A stretch of DNA of 64,000 nt from Cenarchaeum sp. (GCA_965242695.1 CBDESU010000001.1:736001-800000); one strand, 5' to 3'; counted from the stretch's first letter, positions 48,847-60,296 are shown. The notes: generated from the sequence alone by a model not told the origin. Numbers and translations: made by a program.

Positions 48847-49668
48847 GTGGATGCAGAGTCGGCCGATGCGCGCACGCTGTGGAAGGCGGCCGCTGTCGCA
48901 ATGGAGTGGACGGCTGCCATGCGCGGCCACGATGCGTGGGCGGCGCGCCGGAGGGGGTGGGCCGCCAAGGCCGAGGCCGACGACGACGCGGGGCGCGTGG
49001 CCGAAGAGTGCGCGCGGGCCGTCGACGGGCAGGGAGTAATGAACGTCGCATCCATCCGGCGCGTGGAAGAGGCGATGAGGCGGGCCGCGGACCCGCTGGT
49101 GCGCGCATCCAGGGCGCTTGCGCGGTCGTCAAGGCTCTACGAGGCGGCCGAGTCGGACCTGCTTCGCGCATCCAGGGCGCACAGGCGGGCGGGGAACAGA
49201 GACTACGCCGCAACCGTGGCGGAACGGGCCGCCAACTCGCGCGACCATGCGCAGGAGCTGGCAGGGCTGGCGGCGGGCATGCTCGCCGAGGCCGAGTCGC
49301 TCAGGAGCGATGCCGCAAGGCTGGCCGGCGCCGCGGCGGGGGAGCCGCCGGGGCTTGCGTGGCAGGCCGACCGCGCCGCGCTGTCGTCGTCCCAGTCCGA
49401 CATGGCGGAGGATTCAAGGCGGGCGAGCGCAAAGTCTGCAAAGATGCTCGCCGAGGCCGAAGAGACCGTGCGGGCGGCGGAGATGCTAAGGCAGCTTACG
49501 GCGGCGGCGGCCGAGGCGTCCGCGGCGGCGGCGGCTGAGGCGGCGGCCCGGGGACGGGGAGTGCCCGGCGTGGAAAGGGCGGCGGTTGCGTGGAGGAGGG
49601 CCGTGGCAAGGGCCCATGCCGTGGACGGCAGGGGGCGGCCGCGGCGGACCAGGGAACGCGGGAGGTAA
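48847..49668 (+). CDS. Ala/Trp-rich helical paralogue family, member 3
   Basis: WKAAAVAMEW...DGQGVMN...ARSSRLY...VERAAVAWRRA. Confidence 0.78.
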   Translation: MDAESADARTLWKAAAVAMEWTAAMRGHDAWAARRRGWAAKAEADDDAGRVAEECARAVDGQGVMNVASIRRVEEAMRRAADPLVRASRALARSSRLYEAAESDLLRASRAHRRAGNRDYAATVAERAANSRDHAQELAGLAAGMLAEAESLRSDAARLAGAAAGEPPGLAWQADRAALSSSQSDMAEDSRRASAKSAKMLAEAEETVRAAEMLRQLTAAAAEASAAAAAEAAARGRGVPGVERAAVAWRRAVARAHAVDGRGRPRRTRERGR

Positions 49669-49764
49669 CGGGGACTGCGCGGAGGACTTGGGGTGAGGGC
49701 GCCGCGGGCGGGGAGTGGCGGTGGCACTTGGCGAATCGAGGCGAGGGCGGCGAGGGCGCCCATT

Positions 49765-49870
49765 CGAACTGCACAAAGGCGGCGCGGCGGCGGTGCCGCA
49801 CATGGGCGGTGCGGGGCAGGGCGCGGCGGAACGGCCGCCGCCGTGGCGCGCCGGCCCGGCGCAGGGCGGA
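49765..49870 (+). pseudogene. Family motif (CGAACTGCACAAAGGC) plus a 5' stub of another member
   Basis: ATG at 49802, 37 bp after the motif, starts MGGAG like the member at 61347 and then loses similarity. Confidence 0.5.
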
Positions 49871-49878
49871 TCAAGCGT

Positions 49879-49990
49879 CCAAAAACCCCGCACGCAGGCG
49901 CGGGTAGGGGCATGCTCTCCCATCACGCACCGCCCAGCGCGGGGCGCCTTGACCGGCCCCAAAAACCCCGCACGCAGGCGCGGGTAGGGG
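49879..49990. repeat. 32-bp perfect direct repeat x2 with a 48-bp spacer
   Basis: CCAAAAACCCCGCACGCAGGCGCGGGTAGGGG at 49879 and 49959. Confidence 0.85.
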
Positions 49991-50013
49991 AGAGGGTTGC
50001 ACTATGTGATCAT

Positions 50014-50213
50014 ACGCTGCCGGCCGGCGTGACAGAGGCGGCCGAGGGCGGCGCATACGCGGCCGTCGGCGGGGGAACGGCGTGGCTGCGGGACTCGGCG
50101 GCGGGGGTGCCGAGCCGCCGTGGTTCAAGCTGAACCTGACCGCCCACAATGCGGTGCAGGGCAAGACGATCGCCCAGAGCGACACGGACAGCGCACAGTG
50201 CAACTGGCCGTAG
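50014..50213 (+). pseudogene. Degenerate 3' end of a paralogue of the downstream surface-protein gene
   Basis: Matches ~56020..56238 (LPAG.TE...YAAVG.GTA...WFKLNLT...QG.TI.QS.T.SAQC..P*) with a frameshift. Confidence 0.8.
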
Positions 50214-50368
50214 CCGGGTTGCGGCGGCACATCCTGCCGCGCAGCGGGGGGGGGGGGGGGGGGCAATCGAGGCCCTCGGCGGCGCCCCTGCCCATGCAAA
50301 TTCGGTAGGTGCGGGCGGATGAGCGGCCGACCAGAGGTTTTATTACATGGGCCGTGCGCGCGCCGCAC

Positions 50369-53300
50369 ATGCGGGGCCGCAAGCCGCCGTCCTACGGCAG
50401 CGCAAAGGGCGCTATGGGGGGGGGGGTGCGGGATGCCGCCGGCAGAGGAGGCGGCGGCCGCCTGCCGCGGCGCCGCGCACCGTACGCCGCGCTTGCACTG
50501 GCGGCGGTTGCGCTTGCACTGGCGGCGGCCTCGACTCCTGATGCCCATGCCGGGGGCGGAACACTCACCCCGTGCCTATTCACGTCGGGCACCTCGGACA
50601 TCGACTCGATTCGGTTCCTGTCTCCGAACGGCACATACGGCATAGGCGATCACATCCACCCTGCGTGGCACAAGCTTCTACTCTGATTCCACCGCAGATC
50701 ACATACTGACTCATGGGGCCGTCAATCTTGAGACGGGGACGCGCGACAGGTTCGCCTGGTATGCATCCCACCAAAGCACCAGCATGGACTACCGCTACAC
50801 GGTGGAGGCCGGCGACAACAGCACCGACCTGGACTACACCTCAACAAGGGCGTTGTACTGGCGAATTCTAAACCACTATAGTAGTTACCCCCAAAATATT
50901 GCAAAAACCGGCGGGACCGCCGCAAACTGCCTCATCCCCACCCCGGGCATGGCCGGGTCGCTCGCCAACCAGAGCGACATCAGGGTCGACGGCATTGCGC
51001 CGAAGGTCGTGTCGGTCTCGTCGCCCAACGCGAACGGCACGTACGGGGTCGGCTCGGGCATTACCGTGGCGGTCACCTTTGACGACGACGTGGCCGTCAA
51101 CAGCACGGGAGGCGTCCCGCTGATCGTACTCAACACGACGGCGGACGGCGTCACACGAAGCGCCACGTACGACGCGGACGCCAGCACGGCCAGGACACTG
51201 GCGTTCAAGTACACGGTGCGGGCGGGAGACGACATAGGAGACCTGACGTATGCAAACGCCACGGCCCTGTCCTTCAACAACGGAACCATCAAGGACGATG
51301 CCGGCAACAACGCCAGCCTGGCCCTGCCCGTCCCGGACGCGGCCAGGTCGCTGGGCAGCTCGAAGGATATCGCGTTCGACACGGCGGCGTCGGCGCGGCC
51401 GTCGGCGCCGTGCTCGCCCGACCCGTCCGACTGCATATTCCGCTTTACGGACACGCCGGTCGTTGAGCGGCTCGAGGACTGGCCGGCCGGCGGCTCGAGG
51501 CTGATCGAGTTCGACCCGGCAAGCGACAGGCTGTACGTCGCGTACGGCAGCGTGGTCGCCGTGTACGATGCGGGCCTCCCCGGCTACCCCCTAATGTTCA
51601 ACGCGACCTTTCCCGGCTCTCCCGGCTCTGCGATCAGGGCCATGGCGGCCAACACGAAGACGGGCGACCTGTACGTGGCGACGGCGACGACGAGCCATAC
51701 GGGCGCCACGAACCTGTACGCAATGAACTCCAGCGGATCACTGAGCAACGTCACTTTGACGACGCCGTACTTTCACGACGGTCAGAATCTGAACCCACTC
51801 CCAAGCAAACTGTACGTCGATTCCGAGCAGGACATGGTGTACATGTCGACAATTCTGCGCGGCACCTCGTACGTATCCACGGACACTAGCGCCGACGGCA
51901 TACTGGCAATCAACGCAACCGACGACCCGCCCGCCCACATCCCGTTCAGCCGGAACGGCTGGAGGAACACCTACCACGCCTGGCACGTGTCATCCATGGC
52001 CGTCAACTCGACGGGCCAGGACACCATAGTGTACGCCATGAACCTCTACTGGGAACCCTCCCGCACCAACTGGGCCAGCGCGCTGAGCACCCTGAGGTTT
52101 AGCGGCGGAGGCGGATTCGATCCAGACTACGTGGCAATCGACAGGATAATTTTTCGCAGTGCACTCGCCGGCGCAGCCGACCCGGCCGTCAATGCGCACG
52201 ACATGGTCCTCGACGACCGCAACGACAAGCTGTTCATACTGCTCCAGAACCATACGCTCGTATGGTACGACCTGACGGGCCGCGCCTCCGGCTCTGTCGG
52301 ACTCCCGACATTCGGCGGCAACCTTGAGAGGACCGCCGGAACCAGCAGGGATCTTGTGATCGACGAGCGGCGCGGCCTCTTGTACTGGTTCACGTCCACG
52401 AGCGTCGGCGTGTACCGCACGCTGGACGGGGAGAGGCTGGCCGTCGTCGACCGGCCCGGACAGGACGGCTACGCCGCCGCAATCGACGCAGTCCCCGCCT
52501 CGGCGGCCCTTCCGGCCGGCGCGGACGCCGGGGACGTCGACACCGGCATCGTGTACGCGCTCGGCCAGGCGGGCCCCCAGCTGACGGTGATCGACCCGAG
52601 GCCGGAGTCGCTGCCCGAGCGCCTGGCTAGGGAGGCCGCCGACGGCGGCACGGTGGCCATTCCGGACGGGACGTACCGCGACGTCTACCTGTCGACTGAC
52701 GCGGGCGGGCCCAAAAAGGCCATGACCATACGCTCCGAGTCGGGCCAGCCGGGCGGCGTCGTGTTCACGGGGGCATCGCACATACGAGTGCTCAACGGCG
52801 ACGTGGCGGTCCAGGGGATCGTGTTTCGGGACACCACATGCCACGACAAGCTAGAGGGCGCCGACAGCCCCGACGGCTACCTGCCCGAGCACGTCGTCAA
52901 CGTAGACGTGAACACGACGCACGCCGGCAACATCACCATATCCGACAACGTCTTCGAGAACACCTGCTACGGCGGCATCCTATCGGGGGGACTCGACGGC
53001 GCCGGCAGCGGCAACGCATCGGACGTCCTGATATCCAACAACACGTTCAGGGACATCGGGTACAACGCGCGGCACTACGACGGCGTGCCGGACAGTCTGC
53101 GGCATGCGATAGAGACGGGGGCGTACCCGGGCGCGGTGCAGATGCGAAACGCCGAGATCGCATCGAACACGTTCGAGAGGATCGCCGGAATAGCAGTTGA
53201 CATCCGGCAAGCTAGGAACCTGGACGTGTCCGGCAACGCGTTTGCGGACGTTCCGCTCAGCGCGGTCAGGTTGCACGGGGGCTCGGACGGCATCGCGGTG

Positions 53301-56234
53301 AGGGGCAACACCATCACAAACGCCTCGTACTCGCCAAACTACGACTTTTTGCGCGGCGTCGACGGCAGCGCCAACCTGACGCAGGATGCGGCCATACTGG
53401 TCATACCGGACGACGGCGGCCTGCTCGGCCGCACGGGCGGCGTCAACGCGACGGGCAACACCGTCTCGAAGAGCGGCGGCGCCTTTTCCGTGTGCGGCGC
53501 CGTATGCGAGGGCAATGCCAGCGCGGGGTACGCGACGACCATAGGGAGCGATGCCGACTCGGTCCTCGGCCCAGCCGGCCAGGACATACGGTTCAACTGG
53601 AATACAATCCGCATGGACAACGGCGATCGCCTCGTAGAGAACGGGGTGCGCGGCGCACTCGACGCCAGGTACAACTACTACCCAGGATACGAGCCGGCCG
53701 CCGGACTGTTTCGGGCCGGCGCGCAGGCCTCGGGAAACCTTCCGGCCGGAACCGTCCTGTACGAGCCGCTCTTCACGCTGGCGCCCGACGATCCGGCCGC
53801 GCCGTCCGTCATGCGCGTCGCGTCCGCCAACGCGAGCGACAGCTACGGCGCCGGCGATCAGATCGACATAGCGGTCGTTCTCACAAAACCCGTCGCCATA
53901 ACCGGCACGCCCGTACTTACGATAGATGCCGGCCCCGTGGACCGAAGCCTGGACATGGTGCGGCACGACGCGTCCGTCCTCTCCTTCAGCTATGCGGTCG
54001 CCGACGGCGACAGCTCGCCTGCCCTAGAGTACGCAAACAGGTCGTCGCTGGCGGCCGGCGGCGGCGGCGGCGGCATAGCCGACCTGCACACCGGCGCGCC
54101 GGCCAACCTGACGCTGCCGCCGATGGGATCGCCAGAGTCGCTGTCCTCGCAAGGCTTGGTGATCGGCACGCCCGACACGGCTGCGCCGACCGTGCTGAAC
54201 GTGACGTCCGGGTCGGCAGACGGAACGTACGGTGCGGGCCGGCTTGTCGAGGTGCATGTCGTCTTCAGCGAGAATGTGTTCGTCGGCACGGGGGGCGGGA
54301 CGCCCTTCCTGCTGCTAGATACAGGCGGAGCCGGCAGCCCCGCAGGGTACGCGAGGGGCAGCGGCACGGAGACGCTCGTCTTCGAGTACCGTCCGGCGCC
54401 GGGCGAGGCGTCGGGCGACCTGGACTATGCGGGGACGGATTCGTTCCAGCGCAGCGGCGGGACGATCGCGGACAGAGTGCGGAACGCTGCAAACCTGACC
54501 CTGCCCGAGCCCGGCGGGCGCGGATCGCTGGCCTACTCGAAGGACATTGCAATCGACACCGAGGCGCCGCGCGTCGTGTCGGTCTCGTCGCCCGACGCGA
54601 GCGACACGTACGGCGCCGGCTCGACCGTCAACATTACGGTGTCCTTCAGCGAGGCCGTGCATGTGACGGGCACACCAGTGCTGGCGCTCTCGACAGAACC
54701 GGCTAGGGATGCAGAGTACGTTGAGGGAACCGACGACGACGCGGACCTGGCATTCCGCTACGAGGTGCGGGCGGGCGACGCCGCGGCCCGCTTGGACTAT
54801 GCGGGCAGCGGCGCCCTCGCACTCGGCAGCGGTACCATTCGCGACGCGGACGGCAACAACGCAAGCCTGGGCCTGCCTCCTGCTGGCTCCAGCCAGCTGT
54901 ATGCTTCCAACATAACGATAGGCACCGGCACGCCCGGCACCGGCACGCCCGGCACCGGCACGCCCGGCACCGGCACGCCCGGCACCGGCACGCCCGGCAC
55001 CGGCACGCCCGGCACCGGCACGCCCGGCACCGGCACGCCCGGCACCGGCACGCCCGGCACCGGCACGCCCGGCACCGGCACGCCCGGCACCGGCACGCCC
55101 GGCACCGGCACGCCCGGCACCGGCGGGCCGGGCAACCAGACCCGCAATGCCACGACAGTTCTCATTGGGCCCGGCGGGGTGCAAGACGGCCAGGGCGACC
55201 TTGCCGGCATGGGCGAGGACCTGCGCGTCACGATCGACCTGTCGGGCCTGCCAGGCGCCGGGACCGCCGGCGGAACCGTGCGGTTCCCGCAGGCCGGCGC
55301 AACTGTGACGACGTCGTTTGGATCTGTGTCCTTCCCGCCAAGGGCAAACGCAACGTCCGTGCCCGCCGACGGCCTGCTCGTCCTGCACGCCGTGCCCGCC
55401 GACGGCCTGCCGTCAAACTCGACAGTACAGAGCGGCCTGGCCTACGACGGCTCGGGCACGGTCGCACTGCAGAGGGTCGTAGAGGTCGGCGACGAAAACG
55501 CGCGCATCATATTCGACATGCCCGTCCGAATATCCCTCGAGGGACAGGCCGGCGGGCGCGCGTTCTACATTGCGGGCGCGGACGGGACGATCACGCCGAT
55601 CGACGCGGCATGCGGGGCCGACGACACGGACAGGGTGCACCTACACCTCAACGGCACGGGCGAGTGCAGGATCGAGTCGGACGGCGACATGGTCGTCTAC
55701 ACGTACCACCTGACCCGGTTCGGCACCGTCCGGCCAGAGAGCGGCGCGCCGCCCCCCGTATACTACACATGCTCGGTGGATCTTGGAATGCAGAACCTGG
55801 CGATCGACGGCGCAAGGCCCGGCGAGTACTCTGCGCCCGCCCCGCAGACCATCCTCAACACGGGATCGGCGATGTTTGCAAACGTCGGGATCGAGGCGAC
55901 CCGGTGGACGGCCGGCCCCGACGTCGTCTCCGCGCCGGATGCGGGGGCGCCGTCCCTGCCGCCCCCCGCAGCCGGAGCGGGCAACGGCACGGCGTCGAGC
56001 GCCATTGTAGCGCGGGTCGACACGTCCCTGCCGGCCGGCCTGACCGAGGTGAGCGAGGCGGGCGCCGCCGCGGGATATGCGGCCGTCGGCGAGGGGACGG
56101 CCGTGGCCGCGGGGCTCGGCGGCGGGGACGTCAAGAATCTCTGGTTCAAGCTGAACCTGACGCCGTACGATGCGGCGCAGGGCGGGACGATCACCCAGAG
56201 CGTCACGTACAGCGCACAGTGCACCGAGCCGTAG
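50369..56234 (+). CDS. Giant surface protein (signal peptide, repeated Ig-like 'GTYG.G' modules, beta-propeller, parallel beta-helix, GTPGT linker) with a single +1 frameshift near 50657
   Basis: The signal peptide (YAALALAAVALALAAAS..AHA) is in the 50369 frame. Removing one C in CACATCCACC gives GTYGIGDHITLRG, continuous with ORF 50784..56234 and matching the repeat consensus. Confidence 0.8.
54921..55125 (+). repeat. 15-bp coding tandem repeat (GGCACCGGCACGCCC) about x13, GTPGT linker
   Basis: Perfect repeats seen directly. Confidence 0.95.
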
Positions 56235-56743
56235 CCGGCAGGCCGCCCGGCATTCGCACCCGCCTTTGGCTGGCGGCATGCGCCGGCAGGCTGCGCCGCA
56301 GGCCGGATCGGACGCCATGTTCCGCAGGCTCCGGACGCGGGCCCGTCGCCCGCCTGCCCGCCCGGCAAATCTGCTAGAATGTCCGCCAATGCGGGATCAG
56401 CTCGGGAGCCGTGGGGATGCCGGACGGCTCTGCTACCGCCCGCCGCCCGCCGCGGCACGGCGCGGTGCGGCGCCGCATCTTGGCTCTAGGACGCCAGCAT
56501 TGGGAGGTGCCCGCCCGCCGGCAGGATCGGCCGCGCGGGCGGAGCTGGAAGGGGCGGCGGCCGCGGCCGGGCGGGCCGCGGGCGACAGCGGCACACGGCA
56601 CCTGCGGCGCACATTCGGGCGTCTGGCGCCAGCCGTGCCCTGGCTGCCCCCGACGCGCGCGCCGCCTGCCAGAATCCGAACGTGCAGACATGCGCCGCGG
56701 CGGGGACAAAAGGCATAAACACGGCCCGCGCGGCCGCGCCGCG

Positions 56744-58141
56744 TTGGCGCAAGAGGCCGAGGAGCGCAGGCCGGAGCCGGACGGCGGGGGAGCGGATGCC
56801 GCCCCGCATGGGCGGGGGCAGGAGCAGGTGCTGGTGGTCGAGGACGCGCCCTGCCAGATCGACCCCGACCTGATCGACGCGTACATGTCTGTCCCCATCA
56901 AGAAGACCATCCACAGCATACTGACTATGTACGACCCGAGGCACGATATGCTGGGCATACGGGACGGCATCGAGCGCGGCGGATACCGCAGGGCCCTCGT
57001 GGAGCTCCTGCCAGGCCCGCCCCCGCGCCACCCGCGCGGAATGCGCGTTGCCGACAACCGCGCGCGCATGCTCGAGCGCCTCGGCAGGCACGAAGAGGCC
57101 GAGCCGCTGTACCGCGACCTTGCATGCGAGCTGCTGTGGAGCCCGAACTCCCACCTCGACCTGGCAAGGGTGCTCGAGCACCTCGGTCGCCGCAAAGAGT
57201 CGGACGAGGCGCTCGCCCGCGCAACCCGGCTCATTCCAGAATGCCGCAGGGCCTTCGAGGCCCGGCTGCGGCCGGATCCGCGCCAGCTTGATCCCGCCCT
57301 GGTCCCGCTCCGCCTGATCATACCAATGTCCGTAATCTCGGCGGCCGGGTTCGTCCGCTCGAGGGCCGAGCTCTCCTCCATGTCGCTGCTGGTGCAGGCA
57401 GAGTGCGGGCTGGACCTGTACCCGCCGTCGGCGTCGCGGCTGCCGGGCTGCGCGGGGCTAGGCGCCGACATGGAGAGATTCCACCACCTTGTCGTCGAGG
57501 ACATCCTCCCACTGTACCGCGCCGACGACGATCTGCCGTACTACTACGATCTTACTGACCGAGGTATCGGGATGATCGGCAGGCTCGGCGGGCGGCTGGG
57601 CGGGGACGCGGCGGCGCGCATCGCCGAATCGGCGCGCCGCGTGGCCGGCATCGGAGTGCATGCCGCGCTGGAAGAGGCCTGCAGTGCGCCGGGGCGGGAG
57701 CGCCGCGAGCGGCCCGGCCGAGACGACGAGCTCGCCGCGCTGCGCGGGACGGCCGAGCGCATAAGGCGCGAGATCGGGAACGGCATCACGTTTGGCGAGG
57801 AACATGCGGTCACGTTGAGATCAACGGCGGCGGACGTGCCCGAGATGCTCTCGCAGGCCCGTGATGCCCCCGACGTGCAGTGGTCCGTCGCAGCCGCCCT
57901 GGGAGGGGACGTGCTGGGGCTATGCGCGTACGTCGCGTTCGACCAGAGGCCGCACCCGCTGACTGCCACGTACGGTCCCCCGTACCCAGACATACAGGAT
58001 CTTTCCGCGTTGCTCGTCGGGTACTGCGGGGACAGGGGTATAGCCAGGCCCCGGGAGGTGCAGCCGATCGCTAGGATGCTCACGCCCGAAGAGGCCGAAG
58101 AGGTCAACCGGGACATGATCAAGGTGATATCAGAGTCTTGA
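56744..58141 (+). CDS. TPR + YwgA/Panacea-like winged-helix protein (putative antitoxin), copy 1
   Basis: Two TPRs (RARMLERLGRHEEAEPLY; LARVLEHLGRRKESDEAL) and VISAAGFVRSRAELSSMSLLVQAE...YYYDLTDRG. TTG start inferred from copy 2. Confidence 0.7.
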   Translation: MAQEAEERRPEPDGGGADAAPHGRGQEQVLVVEDAPCQIDPDLIDAYMSVPIKKTIHSILTMYDPRHDMLGIRDGIERGGYRRALVELLPGPPPRHPRGMRVADNRARMLERLGRHEEAEPLYRDLACELLWSPNSHLDLARVLEHLGRRKESDEALARATRLIPECRRAFEARLRPDPRQLDPALVPLRLIIPMSVISAAGFVRSRAELSSMSLLVQAECGLDLYPPSASRLPGCAGLGADMERFHHLVVEDILPLYRADDDLPYYYDLTDRGIGMIGRLGGRLGGDAAARIAESARRVAGIGVHAALEEACSAPGRERRERPGRDDELAALRGTAERIRREIGNGITFGEEHAVTLRSTAADVPEMLSQARDAPDVQWSVAAALGGDVLGLCAYVAFDQRPHPLTATYGPPYPDIQDLSALLVGYCGDRGIARPREVQPIARMLTPEEAEEVNRDMIKVISES

Positions 58142-58746
58142 TCATTTTCCTAGATGCGAACGCCTGGCACGCATACCATATGGACTTTTCGATCGTGCCA
58201 AAGGGAGGCGGGCCGCCCGTCAGGGTGCAGAGGCCCGGCAGGGATGGGATCGTCGCCATGGTGGACAGGGCGATAGAGTCGGAGGATATTGTGATCTCAG
58301 ACATGGTTGCCTACGAGGTGCGCGGCAGTACGAAAAGGGCATTCGACTCGGCGGCGCGGCGCGCCGGCTCGCCCGACATGGTGGATCGCAGAGTTGTGCA
58401 GGCCGCGCTGGATGGATTCAACTTGCTGTACGGCCGATTTGGCATACACAACGTCCCGACGTACTTGGGAGCGGTCGAGCGCATGTACATCGATGCGTGG
58501 CTCGACCCGCGGATGGCCGCCGCGGTGGACCGGTGGCGGCGCGTCAAGAAGCGCCACGGGGAGGGGACTGCGCACCCCTCGCTGGATACGCACGGGGCGG
58601 ACTTTGTGATACTCTCGACGGCAGCCGCCCTGGCCGCGCAGGGGGACGAGGTCTGGCTTGTCACGTCCGACTATGACTTTGTGGCGTTTGCCGACATGAT
58701 CTACAGGGTGTTTGGCGTCAGGGTGGTCGACGGCAGCGCCCTGTAG
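58138..58746 (+). CDS. PIN-domain nuclease (putative toxin), copy 1
   Basis: IFLDANAW...ISDMVAYEV...ADFVILSTA...LVTSDYDF keeps all four acidic PIN residues; TTGA overlap with the partner gene. Confidence 0.85.
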   Translation: MIIFLDANAWHAYHMDFSIVPKGGGPPVRVQRPGRDGIVAMVDRAIESEDIVISDMVAYEVRGSTKRAFDSAARRAGSPDMVDRRVVQAALDGFNLLYGRFGIHNVPTYLGAVERMYIDAWLDPRMAAAVDRWRRVKKRHGEGTAHPSLDTHGADFVILSTAAALAAQGDEVWLVTSDYDFVAFADMIYRVFGVRVVDGSAL

Positions 58747-58901
58747 CGCGCCGGCGGAAGGGCGGCGGGACTGGGAGGAAGCAGTGCGGCCCCGCGCCCT
58801 GGCTGCCCCCGACGCGCGCACCGCTTGCCAGATCCGAATGCGCAAACATACGCCGTGGCGGGGCCAAAAGGCATAAACACGGCCCGCGCGGCCGCGCCGC
58901 G

Positions 58902-60296
58902 TTGGCGCAAGAGGTCGAGCAGGAGCGCAGGCCGGGGCCGGGCGGCGGGGGAACAGGTGCCGCCCCGTATGGGCAGGGGCAGGAGCAGGCGGCAAAGGAT
59001 GCGCCCTGCCGGATCGACCAGGACCTGATCGACGAGTACATGTACCTCCCCGTCAAGAAGACCATCCACAGCATGCTGAATGCGTACGACCCGAGGCACG
59101 ATGCGCGGGGCATACGGGACGGCATCGAGCGCGGCGGATACCGCAGGGCCCTCGAGGAGCTCCTGCCAGGCCCGCCACCGCGCCACCCGCGCGGAATGCG
59201 CGTTGCCGACAACCGCGCGCGCATGCTCGAGCGCCTCGGCAGGCACGAAGAGGCCGAGCCGTTGTACCGCGACCTTGCATGCGAGCTGCTGTGGAACCCG
59301 AACTCCCACCTCGACCTGGCAAGGGTGCTCGAGCACCTCGGCCGCCGCAAAGAGTCGGACGAGGCGCTAGCCCGCGCAACCAGGCTCCTTCCAGAATGCC
59401 GCAGGGCCTTCGAGGCCCGGCTGCGGCCGGACCCGCGCCAGCTTGATCCCGCACTGGTTCCGCTCCGCCTGATCATACCAATGTCCGTAATCTCGGCGGC
59501 CGGGTTCGTCCGCTCGAGGGCCGAGCTCTCTGCCATGTCGCGCCTAGTGCAGGCCGAGTGCGGGCTGGACCTGTACCCGCCGTCGGCGTCGCGGCTGCCA
59601 GGCTGCGCGGGGCTGGGAGCCGACATGGAGAGGTTCCACCACCTTGTCGTCGAGGACATCCTCCCGCTGTACCGCGCCGACGACGAGCCGCCGTACTACT
59701 ACGATCTTACTGACCGGGGAATCGAGATGATCGGCAGGCTCGGCGGGCGGCTGGGCGCGGAAGCGGCGGCCCGCATCGCCGCATCGGCGCGCCGCGTGGT
59801 CGGCATCGGCCCGCATGCCGCGCTGGAAGAGGCCTGCAGCGCGCCGGGGCGGGAACACCGCGAGCGGCCCGGCCGAGACGACGAGCTCGCCGCGCTGCGC
59901 GGGACGGCCGAGCGCATAAGGCGCGAGATCGGGAACGGCATCACGTTTGGCGAGGCGCATGCGGCCACGCTGGGAGCCAAGGCCAAGCGCGTACCCGACA
60001 TGCTCTCGCAGGCAAGCGGTGCGCCCGACGGGCAGTGGGCTGTCGCCGCCGCCCTGGGCGGGGACGTGCTCGGCCTGTGCGCGTACGTCGCGTTCGACCA
60101 GAGGCCGCACCCGATGGCAGCCTCGCGCGGCCCCCCGTACCCCGACATGCATGACCAGTATGCGCTGTTTGTCAGGTACTGCGGGGACAGGGGCATGGCT
60201 AGGCCCAGGAAGGGGCCGCTGGCCGCCAGGATGCTCACGCCCGAAGAGATCGAAGAGGCCAACCGGGACATGATCAAGGTGATATCAGAGTCTTGA
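58902..60296 (+). CDS. TPR + winged-helix protein (putative antitoxin), copy 2
   Basis: Paralogue of 56744..58141. Confidence 0.72.
   Translation: MAQEVEQERRPGPGGGGTGAAPYGQGQEQAAKDAPCRIDQDLIDEYMYLPVKKTIHSMLNAYDPRHDARGIRDGIERGGYRRALEELLPGPPPRHPRGMRVADNRARMLERLGRHEEAEPLYRDLACELLWNPNSHLDLARVLEHLGRRKESDEALARATRLLPECRRAFEARLRPDPRQLDPALVPLRLIIPMSVISAAGFVRSRAELSAMSRLVQAECGLDLYPPSASRLPGCAGLGADMERFHHLVVEDILPLYRADDEPPYYYDLTDRGIEMIGRLGGRLGAEAAARIAASARRVVGIGPHAALEEACSAPGREHRERPGRDDELAALRGTAERIRREIGNGITFGEAHAATLGAKAKRVPDMLSQASGAPDGQWAVAAALGGDVLGLCAYVAFDQRPHPMAASRGPPYPDMHDQYALFVRYCGDRGMARPRKGPLAARMLTPEEIEEANRDMIKVISES

Noticed and set aside
46847-49780. Integron attC-type cassette sites
   Set aside because: The repeated motif is not palindromic, and its fixed distance from start codons fits a promoter; no integron integrase is visible.
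49879-49990. Mini-CRISPR (32-bp repeat, 48-bp spacer)
   Set aside because: Only two repeats, no AT-rich leader, no typical repeat terminus and no cas genes; kept only as a direct repeat.
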